DNA from: Thermaerobacter subterraneus DSM 13965
GTDB taxonomy: Bacteria > Bacillota > Sulfobacillia > Thermaerobacterales > Thermaerobacteraceae
Reading direction: 5' to 3'
NCBI RefSeq assembly: GCF_000183545.2
Contig: NZ_JH976535.1
Coordinates: 773,890-797,889, forward strand
Length of the DNA: 24,000 bases
Shown here piece after piece: positions 13,918-23,918 of this stretch (position 1 is its first letter; each line of letters opens with the position of its first letter). Position numbers and translations under genes: made by a program. Below the pieces are notes generated by a model that saw only the letters and a list, made by a program, of their open reading frames with translations, was not told the origin of the DNA and made no database searches.

Positions 13918-14305
13918 CGCCCCCGGCCCTTCTTCCGGAGCCGGGGAAACCCCACCCGGCGCCCCTTGCGTTTACCCTGTCGGCTTTTGGACCCGTTCTG
14001 CAGGGCCCGGGCGAGCCCGTCCAGACCGGAGGAGTAGGCTTCCTTCGAGTTCTCCCGCCACCAGGGGGCGACGCGGTGCTTTTGCCGGTTCCACTCCCGC
14101 CGCAGGGCGGGGAGGGTCCACGGCACCTCGACGTCTTCACCCGGGCGTGGGCTTCCAGGCGCTCCTTCACCAGGGCCAAACCCCAGTTGAAGGCGAAGCG
14201 GCGGGCGCCCACGTGGGAGGCCAGCGCCCGTTCCTGGCGGGGTGTGGGGTCGAGTGCGAAGCGGTACGCCTGCAACACACGCACGGGCAGGCCCCCCAAA
14301 ATCAT
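13018..14305 (-). pseudogene. tnpB: tnpB (RNA-guided endonuclease TnpB), full length but with two frameshifts and a premature TGA
   Basis: The N-terminal frame (14305 down) reads VRVLQAYRFALDPTPRQERALASHVGARRFAFNWGLALVKERLEAH. The frame slips near 14140 (CCCGGG run) into ...GEDVEVPWTLPALRREWNRQKH...SATVSREG. A 1-nt deletion near 13745 relative to copy 1 shifts into ...PRFPWKVVGVDAGV...CEECGLVLDRDENAARN. TGA at 13105-13107 replaces the GAA of copy 1. The ancestral TAA is at 13018-13020. Confidence 0.8.
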
Positions 14306-14313
14306 CCAGGGCC

Positions 14314-14342
14314 AGCATACCAGAACGTATGTTCGATTTCAA
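14314..14342 (-). promoter_or_regulatory. sigma-A-like promoter in the IS left end driving tnpB
   Basis: On the minus strand: TTGAAA (14342-14337), a 17-nt spacer, then TATGCT (14319-14314). The -10 ends only 8 nt before ATG 14305, so the mRNA would be leaderless or start at the downstream GTG. Confidence 0.3.
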
Positions 14343-14387
14343 AGAGCGGCAGACGGGCGGAGGGGAGGGGATGCGAAAATTTGATGA

Positions 14388-14771
14388 CGTTACTTCAACC
14401 TGACCTCGTCCATCGCCCTGGTGGCCCTGCTGCAGGTATTCACCCGGATGCCGGGCTGGCTGTCCGTGGTCGAGGGCGCCATCATCGTCCTCTTTGCCAT
14501 GTTCCTTCCCGGCGGGCTGGCGTCGCTGCCGGCCCGCTGGCGGACCTGGCGGGCCTGGGGACATGTCCTGCCGGCCGGGGCCGGCCTCCCGCGGCCGTCC
14601 CCTGCCACGGCGGCGGAGGCGGCCGCCGGCTCCCCCGCCGCCGGGGAGCCGGGTCACGGAACCCGCCCGGCCGGACCCACCGGCCGGTCGACCTGGACCG
14701 GTGGGGACGAACCAGCCCCCCGCCTGGCCGGCCCGGAAGGAGGGAGCCCCGATGTCCCTCCTCGCCGTTGA
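14388..14771 (+). pseudogene. livM: LivM 3' fragment (continuation of the livM interrupted at 7569)
   Basis: RYFNLTSSIALVALLQVFTRMPGWLSVVEGAIIVLFAMFLPGGLASL is a LivM C-terminal-like sequence. It is in frame with the 7054-7569 fragment once the insertion is removed. A low-complexity tail overlaps the livG start. Confidence 0.7.
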
Positions 14772-15569
14772 GGGCATCACGGTGCGCTTCGGTGGCCTGG
14801 TGGCCCTCTCGGACGTCAGCCTGACCGTTGCGGAGGGGACGATCCACGGCCTCATCGGTCCCAACGGGGCCGGCAAGTCCACGCTCTTCAACGTCGTGAG
14901 CCGGTTCGTCCAGCCGGCGGCCGGCCAGGTGCTCTTCGACGGCCGGGAGCTGCTCCGGCTGCCGCCCCATGCCGTGGGCGGCCTGGGCATCGCCCGGACC
15001 TTCCAGAACGTGCTGCTCTGCCAGCGGCTCACGGTGCTGGACAACGTCCTCACGGGCCTGCACCGTTCCCTGCCCGTCTCCTTCTGGGGTGCCGCCCTCC
15101 GCCTGCCGGCAGCGATGCGGGCGGAGGAGCACGCCCGCGCCCGGGCGCTGGAGGCCCTGGAGTGGGTCGGCCTGAGGCCGTGGGCCCACCGGCGGGTCTC
15201 CGAGCTGCCCTTCGGGGCCCAGAAGCGGGTCGAACTGGCCCGAGCCCTGGTCAGCCGCCCCCGGCTGCTCCTGCTGGACGAACCGGCGGCCGGGCTGGCC
15301 GAAGGCGACCGGCGGCAGATGGCCGCCCTGATCGCCCGCCTGCAGCGGGAACTGGGGACCACGGTGGTGATGGTGGAGCACGACCTGGGCCTGGTGATGG
15401 ACCTCTGCCAGGAGGTGACGGTGCTGGACTTCGGCCGGGTGATCGCCCAGGGCCCGCCCGCTGCGGTGCGGCGGGACCCGACGGTGATCGCCGCCTACAT
15501 CGGCCGCGAGGCCGGTGCGGCGGGCGGCCCGGACGGTACGCTGGGCGGCCAGGACCGGGGGGAGCAGGC

Positions 15570-15582
<13 letters not shown>
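14752..15582 (+). CDS. livG: branched-chain amino acid ABC transporter ATP-binding protein LivG
   Basis: GGAAGGAGGGA lies before ATG 14752. MSLLAVEGITVRFGGLVALSDVSL, Walker A GPNGAGKST, LPFGAQKRVELARAL, Walker B LLLLDEPAAGL, MVEHD. Confidence 0.9.
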
Positions 15583-16283
<701 letters not shown>

Positions 16284-16350
16284 ATCGTCCGGATTCCGGC
16301 AGGACGGCCCGGAGGAAGATGGAAATCAGGAGGCTGGAGGTGTCTCCCGC

Positions 16351-17517
16351 ATGGATTTTTCCCTCACGCCGGAGCAGAAGATGATCGTCGAGACGGTGCG
16401 GGAGTTCGTCAGGCGCGAGCTCATGCCCCTGGAGCGGGAGATGCAGCGGGCCGAGCTGGAGGGGCGCCGGTTCCCCGACCTCGAGACCCACCGCCAGCTG
16501 CAGCTCAAGGCGAAGGAAATCGGGCTATGGGGGCTGATGACCCCGCCGGAATACGGCGGGGCCGGGTTCGACTACGTGACCACCTGCCTGATCCTGATGG
16601 AGACCGCCAGGAGCTTCGTGCCCTTCACCTACGGCGGGTCCGCGGACAACATCCTCTTCGCGTGCAATGAGGAGCAGAAGAAGCGCTACCTCATCCCCAC
16701 CATCAACGGCGAGCGCCGCTCGTGCTTCGCCCTGACGGAGCCCACCGCCGGCTCCGACGCCACCAACATCCGCATGACGGCCGTCAAGGACGGGCGCGAG
16801 TGGGTCCTGAACGGCGAGAAGATCTTCATCACCGGAGGCCTGGAGGCGGACTTCGCCATCGTCTTCGCCGTCACCGACAAGGAGAAGGGCGCCCGCGGCG
16901 GCATCACCTGCTTTCTGGTCGACCGGGAGATGGGCTGGAAGTCGTACCCCATCGCCACCATGGGCGGGTGGAGCCCGGCCCGCCTGGTGTTCAGCGACGT
17001 GCGGGTGCCCGAGGAGAACGTGCTGGGCGAGGTGGGCCGCGGTTTCGAACTGGCCATGCAGTGGATCGGCAACGGCCGGATCCTGATCCCCGCCCGGGCG
17101 GTAGGACAGGCCGAGCGGCTGCTGCAGCTGGGCATCGACTACGCCCGCCAGCGGGTGGCCTTCGGCAAGCCCATCGGCGAGTACCAGGCCATCCAGTGGA
17201 TGCTGGCCGACAGCGCCGTGGAGATCCAGCAGGTCAAGTGGCTGGTGCTCCACGCCGCCTGGAAAGCCGACCAGGGCAAGGACGTGCGCCACGAGGCCTC
17301 CATGGCCAAGCTGGCCGGGGCCAACATGATCTGGCGGGTGGCCGACCGGGTGATGCAGATCCACGGCGGCATGGGCTACACCAGGGAGCTGCCCATCGAG
17401 CGGGTCCTGCGGGACGTGCGCGTGTACCGCATCTACGAGGGGACCGACGAGATCCAGCGCCGCACCATCGCCCGCAACCTGCTGCGCGACCTCGTGCGTA
17501 CCGGCACCTGGGACTGA
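16351..17517 (+). CDS. acyl-CoA dehydrogenase
   Basis: GGAGGTG lies before ATG 16351. MDFSLTPEQKMIVETVREFV..., ALTEPTAGSD, GEKIFITGG, QIHGGMGY, IYEGTDEIQR are canonical ACAD motifs. Confidence 0.9.
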   Translation: MDFSLTPEQKMIVETVREFVRRELMPLEREMQRAELEGRRFPDLETHRQLQLKAKEIGLWGLMTPPEYGGAGFDYVTTCLILMETARSFVPFTYGGSADNILFACNEEQKKRYLIPTINGERRSCFALTEPTAGSDATNIRMTAVKDGREWVLNGEKIFITGGLEADFAIVFAVTDKEKGARGGITCFLVDREMGWKSYPIATMGGWSPARLVFSDVRVPEENVLGEVGRGFELAMQWIGNGRILIPARAVGQAERLLQLGIDYARQRVAFGKPIGEYQAIQWMLADSAVEIQQVKWLVLHAAWKADQGKDVRHEASMAKLAGANMIWRVADRVMQIHGGMGYTRELPIERVLRDVRVYRIYEGTDEIQRRTIARNLLRDLVRTGTWD

Positions 17518-17631
17518 CCCCAGCGGCCAGACGCACCGCCGGCGGACCGAGCCGGCCCGGAAAGCGAAGGCCGGAATCGGCCGGAGATGGCGCCGGATCC
17601 GTCGACGGGGCCGGAGAGGAGGCTGGGATCC

Positions 17632-18027
17632 GTGGCCGTGGACCGTTCCTTAATAGGAAAGGAATCGCCCGAAGAGGTCTTCGAGGTGGAGAGGGGGGCC
17701 ATCCGGAAGTTCGCCGAGGCCATCGGCGACCCCCACCCCGCCTTCCGCAGCGGCGAGATCGCGCCGCCCACCTTCCCCACCACGTTCCGCATGGGCATCC
17801 CCGGGGTGAACCTGGAGCTCAGCCGGGTGCTCCACGGCGAGCAGGAGTACAGCTACCGCCGCCCCATCCGGGCGGGCGACCGGCTGCGCTGCAAGACCCG
17901 GGTGGCCGACGTCTACGAGCGGGAGGGGCGCCTGGGCAAGATGACCTTCCTGGTCACCGAGATCGAGGGGCGCGACGAGGCCGGGGAGCTGGTCTTCACC
18001 GGGCGGAGTACCATCATCGTGCGCTGA
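17632..18027 (+). CDS. MaoC-N/FAS1-like hotdog dehydratase subunit (HadA-like)
   Basis: SLIGKESPEEVFEVERGAIRKFAEAIGDPHPAF...HGEQEYSYRRPIRAGD is typical of this family. Start is uncertain: GTG 17632 after GGAGAGGAGG, or ATG 17587, or GTG 17638. Confidence 0.75.
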   Translation: MAVDRSLIGKESPEEVFEVERGAIRKFAEAIGDPHPAFRSGEIAPPTFPTTFRMGIPGVNLELSRVLHGEQEYSYRRPIRAGDRLRCKTRVADVYEREGRLGKMTFLVTEIEGRDEAGELVFTGRSTIIVR

Positions 18028-18089
18028 GCCGCCGGGGCGCTCGCCCGCCGGGGTGCTCGCTGAGCAGGCTGCCAGGGAGGTGAACCACC

Positions 18090-18548
18090 GTGGTGGAACC
18101 GGTGCGGGCAGAGGCGGCGCCGGTGCGCTGGGAACCCGGAGCCGAGCTGCCGCCGCTGGTCAAAGAACCCATAACCAAGGTGCAGCTGGTCAAATACGCC
18201 GGGGCCTCCGGCGATTACAACCTGATCCACACCGACGACGAGACCGCCCGGCGGGTCGGGCTCGACGGCGTCATCGCCCACGGCATGCTCAGCATGGGTT
18301 TCCTCGGCCAGTATCTGGTCCAGCTGGCGGGCCCGGAAGGGGTGCGCCGGTTGAAGGTCCGCTTCCGGCAAATGGTCCGGCCCGGCGATGTTTTGACCTG
18401 CAAGGGCCGGGTGGTGGAGGTGGGGGCGGAAGAGGCTCCCGGCCTGCGGCGGGTGCGGGTCGAAGTGTGGGCCGAGAACCAGCGGGGCGAAGCGGTCACC
18501 GCCGGCGAGGGTGAGGTGCTGGTGCCGGCGCCGGCAGGTTCGTGCTGA
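18090..18548 (+). CDS. MaoC-like (R)-specific enoyl-CoA hydratase/dehydratase (HadB-like)
   Basis: GGGAGGTG lies before GTG 18090. Hydratase-2 motif YAGASGDYNLIHTDDETA, then AHGM. Confidence 0.85.
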   Translation: MVEPVRAEAAPVRWEPGAELPPLVKEPITKVQLVKYAGASGDYNLIHTDDETARRVGLDGVIAHGMLSMGFLGQYLVQLAGPEGVRRLKVRFRQMVRPGDVLTCKGRVVEVGAEEAPGLRRVRVEVWAENQRGEAVTAGEGEVLVPAPAGSC

Positions 18549-18681
18549 AGCGGGCCCGACCGGGAGCCGGTCCTGCAACGGGGCCTGCCCGGGAACCGGT
18601 ACCGGGCCCTGGACGAACCGGCCCGCCGGCCGGGCGGCGTAACCATCGAGCGACGGGCCATGGAGGGAGAGGAGGATCCGG

Positions 18682-19434
18682 ATGCGCTTTGCCGATCGGG
18701 TCGCCCTGGTCACCGGGGGCGGCCGGGGCATTGGGGCCGCCACCGCCCTGCGGTTTGCCCGGGAAGGGGCGGCGGTGGTGGTCTCCGACGTGGATGAGGG
18801 GCCGGCGGAGGAGGTGGCCTCCCAGATCCGCCAGGAGGGCGGCCGGGCCCTGGCCGTCGCCTGCGACGTGCGGGACCGCGGCCAGGTGGAGGCCATGGTG
18901 CAGCGGGCGGTGGACACCTTCGGCCGGTTGGACTTTCTGGTGACGTGCGCGGGGATCATCCGCGACAACCTGATCCACAAGATGACCGATGACGACTGGG
19001 ACGGGGTGATCGACACCCACCTCAAGGGCACCTTCCTCTGCGCCCAGGCCGCCCAGCGGGTGATGGTGCCCCAGCGCTACGGGAAGATGGTCTTCCTGTC
19101 GTCCACCTCGGCCCTGGGAAACCGCGGCCAGACCAACTACTCGGCCGCCAAGGCGGGGATCCAGGGCATGGCCCGGACTCTGGCCATCGAGCTGGGGCCC
19201 TTCAACATCAACGTCAACGCCGTGGCGCCCGGCTTCATCGAGACGCGGATGACCCGGGCCGTGGCCGAGCGCACCGGGGTCGACTTCGAAGAGCTCAAGA
19301 AGGCGGCCGCCGAGCGGACGCCCCTGCGCCGGGTGGGCCAGCCCGAGGATGTGGCCGGGGTCATCGCCTTCCTCTGCAGCGAGGACGCCGGGTACGTCTC
19401 GGGCCAGGTGATCTACGTCCGCGGCGGTCCATGA
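18682..19434 (+). CDS. short-chain dehydrogenase/reductase, 3-oxoacyl-(ACP/CoA) reductase-like
   Basis: GGAGGGAGAGGAGG lies before ATG 18682. TGGGRGIG, the NYSAAK catalytic Y-x3-K, PGFIET. Confidence 0.9.
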   Translation: MRFADRVALVTGGGRGIGAATALRFAREGAAVVVSDVDEGPAEEVASQIRQEGGRALAVACDVRDRGQVEAMVQRAVDTFGRLDFLVTCAGIIRDNLIHKMTDDDWDGVIDTHLKGTFLCAQAAQRVMVPQRYGKMVFLSSTSALGNRGQTNYSAAKAGIQGMARTLAIELGPFNINVNAVAPGFIETRMTRAVAERTGVDFEELKKAAAERTPLRRVGQPEDVAGVIAFLCSEDAGYVSGQVIYVRGGP

Positions 19435-19572
19435 GCGCCGCCGTCCCGGCCAGGGCAGCTCTCCGTCCCGCGGGCCGGGGTTCTCGGGGCCCGATCGGGG
19501 CCCGCCCGTGGCGCAGGCCCTGCGCCGCGGGCTCCCGGCCCGCAGGGGCCGGTTCTTCCAAGGCGGGGGGGG

Positions 19573-20784
19573 GTGGGGGCGACGTCGCAAGGCAACGAAC
19601 CGGACCGGTTGCCCGAACGACCCATCGACGAGCACTGCTGGGAGATGGCACCAGGTCTTTACCGCATCCTGCTGCCCTTGCCCTGGGATGTCCCCTTCGT
19701 GAACGCCTACCTGGTCCGGGCCCCCGGCGGGTGGGTGCTGGTGGACGCCGGGGTGGGCACTCCGGCCTGCCTCAGGGCCCTGGGCTGGGCGTTGCGGGCG
19801 GCCGGGGTGCCCGACGGCGGCCTGGCCGCCATCCTCTTGACCCACCGCCACCCCGACCACGCGGGCGACGTGGTGGCCGTCCGCCAGCGGTGGGGTGGAA
19901 GGGTCTACGTCCATCCGGCCGAGCTGGAGCTGGACCGGGCGGACCCGGCGGTGCTGGAGGCATGGCTCGCCTTCACGGGCATGCCGGCAGAGGTGATGGA
20001 GACCCTCCTGCGCCGGGCCGAGCGCATGCCCCTGCCGCCGGATGCCGTGCCCTACCCGCGGCGGGCCCCCCTGGCGGAGGGCCCGGGCTTGCCCGCGGCC
20101 GCCCTGCCGGTGGCGGGACTCACCTTTGAGGTGGTCTACGTGCCGGGGCACTCGCCGGGCCACGTCATGCTGCGGGTTGCCGAAACGGGCTGGGTTTTCA
20201 CAGGGGACCACGTCCTCCCCCGGGCGGGCATCAACGTCTGGGCCAACCCTGCCGGGCCGGCGGACCCCATGGGGGCCTATCTGGCCAACCTGGAGGCGGT
20301 GGCCCGGCTGGATGCGGCCTGGGGGCTGGAAGCCCGTGACGAGGCGGCCGGGGCGGCCGGGGCAAAGGCTCGGGCCTGCCTGGCCCGGGGCGAGGGCGGG
20401 TCCGGGGGCTGGCGGCAAGGTGCGGATGCTGCGGAGGGGAGCCCGGGGCGGGACCCTGGCTCCCGGACGGCAGGGCCGGTCCTTCCCGGGCACGGCTTGC
20501 CGTGGAGCGGGCCCATGATGCCCTATGCGACGGCCCTGGCGGGGTGGCACCGGCGGGCCGCCCTCGCCCTGCGCGACCGCCTGCCGGACGAACCCGGCCC
20601 CACGGCCTTCGAGATCGTGGCGGCCCGCCGGCCCGACGATGCCCGCCACACGCCCCACCGGCTGCGGGGGGCGGTGGCCGAGACCCTGGCTTTCCTCCTG
20701 TGGCTGGAGAGGGAGGGGCTGGCCGGGCGCCGGGGCGATGCGCCGGCCCGGTGGTACCGGCTGCCCGGTCCCAGGGAGGGGTGA
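19573..20784 (+). CDS. MBL-fold metallo-hydrolase
   Basis: The HRHPDHAGD (HxHxDH) motif, then VPGHSPGH. Start is uncertain: GTG 19573 is embedded in a G-tract, and ATG 19645 is an alternative. Confidence 0.75.
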   Translation: MGATSQGNEPDRLPERPIDEHCWEMAPGLYRILLPLPWDVPFVNAYLVRAPGGWVLVDAGVGTPACLRALGWALRAAGVPDGGLAAILLTHRHPDHAGDVVAVRQRWGGRVYVHPAELELDRADPAVLEAWLAFTGMPAEVMETLLRRAERMPLPPDAVPYPRRAPLAEGPGLPAAALPVAGLTFEVVYVPGHSPGHVMLRVAETGWVFTGDHVLPRAGINVWANPAGPADPMGAYLANLEAVARLDAAWGLEARDEAAGAAGAKARACLARGEGGSGGWRQGADAAEGSPGRDPGSRTAGPVLPGHGLPWSGPMMPYATALAGWHRRAALALRDRLPDEPGPTAFEIVAARRPDDARHTPHRLRGAVAETLAFLLWLEREGLAGRRGDAPARWYRLPGPREG

Positions 20785-20975
20785 AGGTCCCGAGACATAC
20801 CCCGGACAAGCGCCGAATAGACATGCATTGGGGCCGGCCTGCCCGGGTCGCTGGGGGAACCCGGGCGGGGCCATCCGGCGGAACCGGACCCGGCGGGGTG
20901 ACACCGGACCCGGCCCGCCGGAAAGGCCCCGGAGAAACGGGAGCGGGAAGCCGCCCGCCAGAGGGGGTGGGTCCT

Positions 20976-21959
20976 GTGGGCCGCACGGTGAACACCGTGA
21001 CGGGGCCGGTTCGTCCCGAGGACCTGGGCAAGACCCTGGTCCACGAGCACTTCGTGTTCGGGTACCCCGGATTTCACGGGGACCTGACGGTGGCGCCCTA
21101 CGACCGGCAGCGGGCGCTGGAGGTTGGCCTCGATGTGGCACGGCGGGTCATGGCCTGCGGCGTCCGCACGGTGGTCGACGCCACGCCCAGCGACTGCGGC
21201 CGCGATCCCGAGCTGCTGCGGGAGATCAGCGAGCGCACGGGACTGCAGATCATCTGTTCCACGGGCTACTACTACGAGGGCGAAGGCGCCCCGGCGTACT
21301 TCAAGTTCCGCCGCGCCCTGGGGGATGCCGAGGAAGAGATCTACGAGATGTTCATGCGGGAGATCACCGAGGGCATCGGCGGCACGGGGATCCGGGCCGG
21401 GGTGATCAAGCTCGCCTCCAGCAAGGGCGTGATCACCGAGTACGAGCAGATGTTCTTCCGGGCTGCGGCCCGCGCCCAGCGGGAGACGGGGGTTCCCATC
21501 ATCACCCACACCCAGGAAGGCACCATGGGGCCGGAACAGGCGGCCCTCCTGGTGGGGGAGGGGGCCGATCCACGGCGCATCATGATCGGCCACATGGACG
21601 GCAACACCGACATCGCCTACCACCTGGCCACCCTGGCCCACGGCGTCTTCATCGCCTTCGACCGCTACGGGATCCAGCGGTTCGTCGGCATGCCCTCCGA
21701 CGAGACCCGCAACGCCCTGGTGACCGGGCTGATCGCCCTGGGCTACGCCGACCGCATCATGCTCTCCCACGATTCGGTGAATTTCTGGCTGGGCCGGCCG
21801 GTGCGGTGGCCGCCCGAGCTGGCGGACCTGCTGGCGGCCTGGCATCCTACCCACCTCTTCGACGACGTGGTGCCGGCCCTGGTGGCGGCGGGGGTCCGGC
21901 CGGAGGTCCTGGAGGGAATCTTCACCCGCAACCCGGCCCGGCTCTTCGGGGCGGAGTGA
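20976..21959 (+). CDS. phosphotriesterase-like lactonase (PTE/PLL amidohydrolase family)
   Basis: VNTVTGPVRPEDLGKTLVHEHF, VIKLAS (Lys at the position of the PTE-family metal-bridging lysine), ITHT, GHMD, LSHD. GTG 20976 follows GAGGGGGTGG. GTG 20988 is an alternative start. Confidence 0.85.
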   Translation: MGRTVNTVTGPVRPEDLGKTLVHEHFVFGYPGFHGDLTVAPYDRQRALEVGLDVARRVMACGVRTVVDATPSDCGRDPELLREISERTGLQIICSTGYYYEGEGAPAYFKFRRALGDAEEEIYEMFMREITEGIGGTGIRAGVIKLASSKGVITEYEQMFFRAAARAQRETGVPIITHTQEGTMGPEQAALLVGEGADPRRIMIGHMDGNTDIAYHLATLAHGVFIAFDRYGIQRFVGMPSDETRNALVTGLIALGYADRIMLSHDSVNFWLGRPVRWPPELADLLAAWHPTHLFDDVVPALVAAGVRPEVLEGIFTRNPARLFGAE

Positions 21960-22019
21960 GGAACGGGCCCGGTGGGCCGAGCAGGGCCCGTACGGCCCGC
22001 TCCATGGGGGTGCCTGGCC

Positions 22020-23768
22020 ATGATGGAACCGTATGGCGCCCAGGGGGGCGGTGCGGGCATCCCGCCCCGCCGCCCCTGGCTGGGGCTTTACACCGCCGGC
22101 GTACCGGCCGACCTGCCCTTGCCCGCCCGGCCGGCGGTGGACCAGTTCCGGAACACCGCCCGGCGGGCCGGCGACCGGCCGGCGGTGTACTACTTCGACC
22201 GGGTGCTGACCTTTGGCGAGCTGGACCGCCTGAGCAATGCCCTGGCCGCCGGGCTGCGGGACCTGGGGGTCGAACCCGGCCACCGGGTGGCCCTGTTCCT
22301 CCAGAACGTCCCCCAGTTCTGGATCGCCCTGCTGGCGGCCTGGAAGGCGGGCGCCATCGCCGTGCCCCTGAACCCCATGTTCAAGGAAGAAGAACTGGCC
22401 TACCATCTCAACGACTCGGGCAGCACGGTGCTGGTCAGCCTGGAGTCCCTTTACGATGGCGTGGCCCGCGGGGTGCTGGGGCGGACCGAGGTCCGGCACG
22501 TGATCACCACCTCCGAGCTGGATTTCCTCACCCCGCCGACGGGGGCGCCGGGTGCGGCCGGCTCCGGGTCCGGGGGCGGGGTCCCGGCCGTTCTGGCCGG
22601 TTCGTCCCGGCGCCGGTTTGGCGAGACCTGGGACCTGGTGGAGATCTGCCGCCGGCTGGAAGGAGCGGCCGACCCCGGGGCCGAGCCGCGGCCCGAAGAC
22701 GTGGCGCTGCTCACCTACACCTCGGGCACCACCGGCTCGCCCAAGGGCGCCATGAACACCCACGGCAACGTGGCCTTCAACGCGGAGGTCTACCGGACCT
22801 GGATGGGGCTGGGGCCGGGGGACGTGGTGGTGGGCGCGGCGCCCCTCTTCCACATCACCGGGCTTATCGGCCACCTGGCCGCCGCCGGTCTGGCCGGCGT
22901 GCCGGTCATCCTGGGGTACCGGTTCGACCCGGGCACGATGCTGGAGCTCATCGAGCGCTGGCGCGGGACCTTCATGGTGGCCGCCATCACCGCCTACATC
23001 GCCCTGATGAACCATCCCGACTTCGGGCGCCGCGACGTGAGCTCGCTGCGCAAGGCCTACAGCGGCGGGGCGCCCATCCCGGCGGCGGTGGTGGAGCGCT
23101 TCGAGGCGGCCACCGGGACGTACATCCACAACATCTACGGGCTGACGGAAACCACCTCGCCCTCCCACGCCGTGCCCCTGGGGCGCCGGGCGCCCGTGGA
23201 CCAGGAGTCGGGCGCCCTGTCGGTGGGCGCACCGGTGCCCAGCACCGTGGTCAAGGTAGTGGACCTGGAGACCGGCCGGGACCTGCCGCCCGGCGAGGTG
23301 GGCGAGCTGGTGACCCGCGGCCCCATGGTGGTGGCCGGATACTGGCAGAAACCCGAGGAGACGGCCCATGCCATCCGAGACGGCTGGCTGCACACCGGGG
23401 ACGTGGGCCGGATGGACGCCCAGGGCTGGTTCTACGTGATCGACCGGAAGAAGGACATGATCATCGCCTCGGGTTTCAAGGTCTGGCCACGGGAGGTGGA
23501 AGACGTGCTCTACCGCCACCCCGCCGTCCGGGAAGCGGCGGTGGTGGGGGTGCCCGACCCCTACCGGGGCGAGACCGTCAAGGCGGTGGTGTCCCTGAAG
23601 CCCGAATTCGAGGGCAGGGTGACGCCGGAGGAGCTCATCGCCTTCTGCCGGGAGCGGATGGCGGCCTACAAGTACCCGCGGCAGGTGGAGATCGTGCCCG
23701 AGCTGCCGAAGACGCTGACGGGGAAGATCCTGCGGCGGGTGCTGCGGGAGCGGGGGAGGGAAGGGTAA
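22020..23768 (+). CDS. AMP-dependent acyl-CoA synthetase/ligase (long-chain-fatty-acid--CoA ligase-like)
   Basis: LTYTSGTTGSPKGAM (A3 motif), YGLTE, GWLHTGDVG, PKTLTGKILRR. Confidence 0.9.
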   Translation: MMEPYGAQGGGAGIPPRRPWLGLYTAGVPADLPLPARPAVDQFRNTARRAGDRPAVYYFDRVLTFGELDRLSNALAAGLRDLGVEPGHRVALFLQNVPQFWIALLAAWKAGAIAVPLNPMFKEEELAYHLNDSGSTVLVSLESLYDGVARGVLGRTEVRHVITTSELDFLTPPTGAPGAAGSGSGGGVPAVLAGSSRRRFGETWDLVEICRRLEGAADPGAEPRPEDVALLTYTSGTTGSPKGAMNTHGNVAFNAEVYRTWMGLGPGDVVVGAAPLFHITGLIGHLAAAGLAGVPVILGYRFDPGTMLELIERWRGTFMVAAITAYIALMNHPDFGRRDVSSLRKAYSGGAPIPAAVVERFEAATGTYIHNIYGLTETTSPSHAVPLGRRAPVDQESGALSVGAPVPSTVVKVVDLETGRDLPPGEVGELVTRGPMVVAGYWQKPEETAHAIRDGWLHTGDVGRMDAQGWFYVIDRKKDMIIASGFKVWPREVEDVLYRHPAVREAAVVGVPDPYRGETVKAVVSLKPEFEGRVTPEELIAFCRERMAAYKYPRQVEIVPELPKTLTGKILRRVLRERGREG

Positions 23769-23918
23769 GACCCGCCGGGGCACCGGATGCCGGCGGTGGC
23801 GCTTGCCGCGGATTGGGCAGGGCAGCGGCGGACCGCCGGGAGCCCAGGAAATGCCGGGGGGCGGGGTCCACGTGGGCGGGAACACCTTGGTCGTGTGAAG
23901 ATCTGGGGGGATGCAACC

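Larger units (their letters stand above)
7564..14393 (-). mobile_element. 6.8-kb cargo-carrying insertion bounded by IS200/IS605-family (tnpB-only) ends, inserted in livM
   Basis: CGTTAC is present at both junctions (7564-7569 and 14388-14393). Removing one copy plus the intervening 6,824 bp restores GFIS-RY-FNLTSSIALV of LivM. The right-end hairpin and tnpB 3' end lie at the left of the insert. The tnpB 5' end and left end lie at the right of the insert. Confidence 0.65.
12964..14393 (-). mobile_element. IS200/IS605-family tnpB-only insertion sequence (IS1341-like), full length with both ends
   Basis: About 1.43 kb. Right-end palindrome at 12969-12985, the tnpB reading frames, and an 88-bp left end. 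No tnpA is present. Confidence 0.75.

Noticed and set aside
13599-15362. 587-aa minus-strand ORF
   Set aside because: This is a chimera. Its 3' part is the middle (frameshifted) reading frame of tnpB copy 2. The rest is antisense to the livM tail and livG. It is not a gene.
18496-23885. 881-aa and 1120-aa minus-strand ORFs (18496-21141 and 20523-23885)
   Set aside because: They are antisense to the SDR, MBL, PLL and acyl-CoA ligase genes, which carry clear catalytic motifs. Their products are Arg/Pro/Gly-rich junk.
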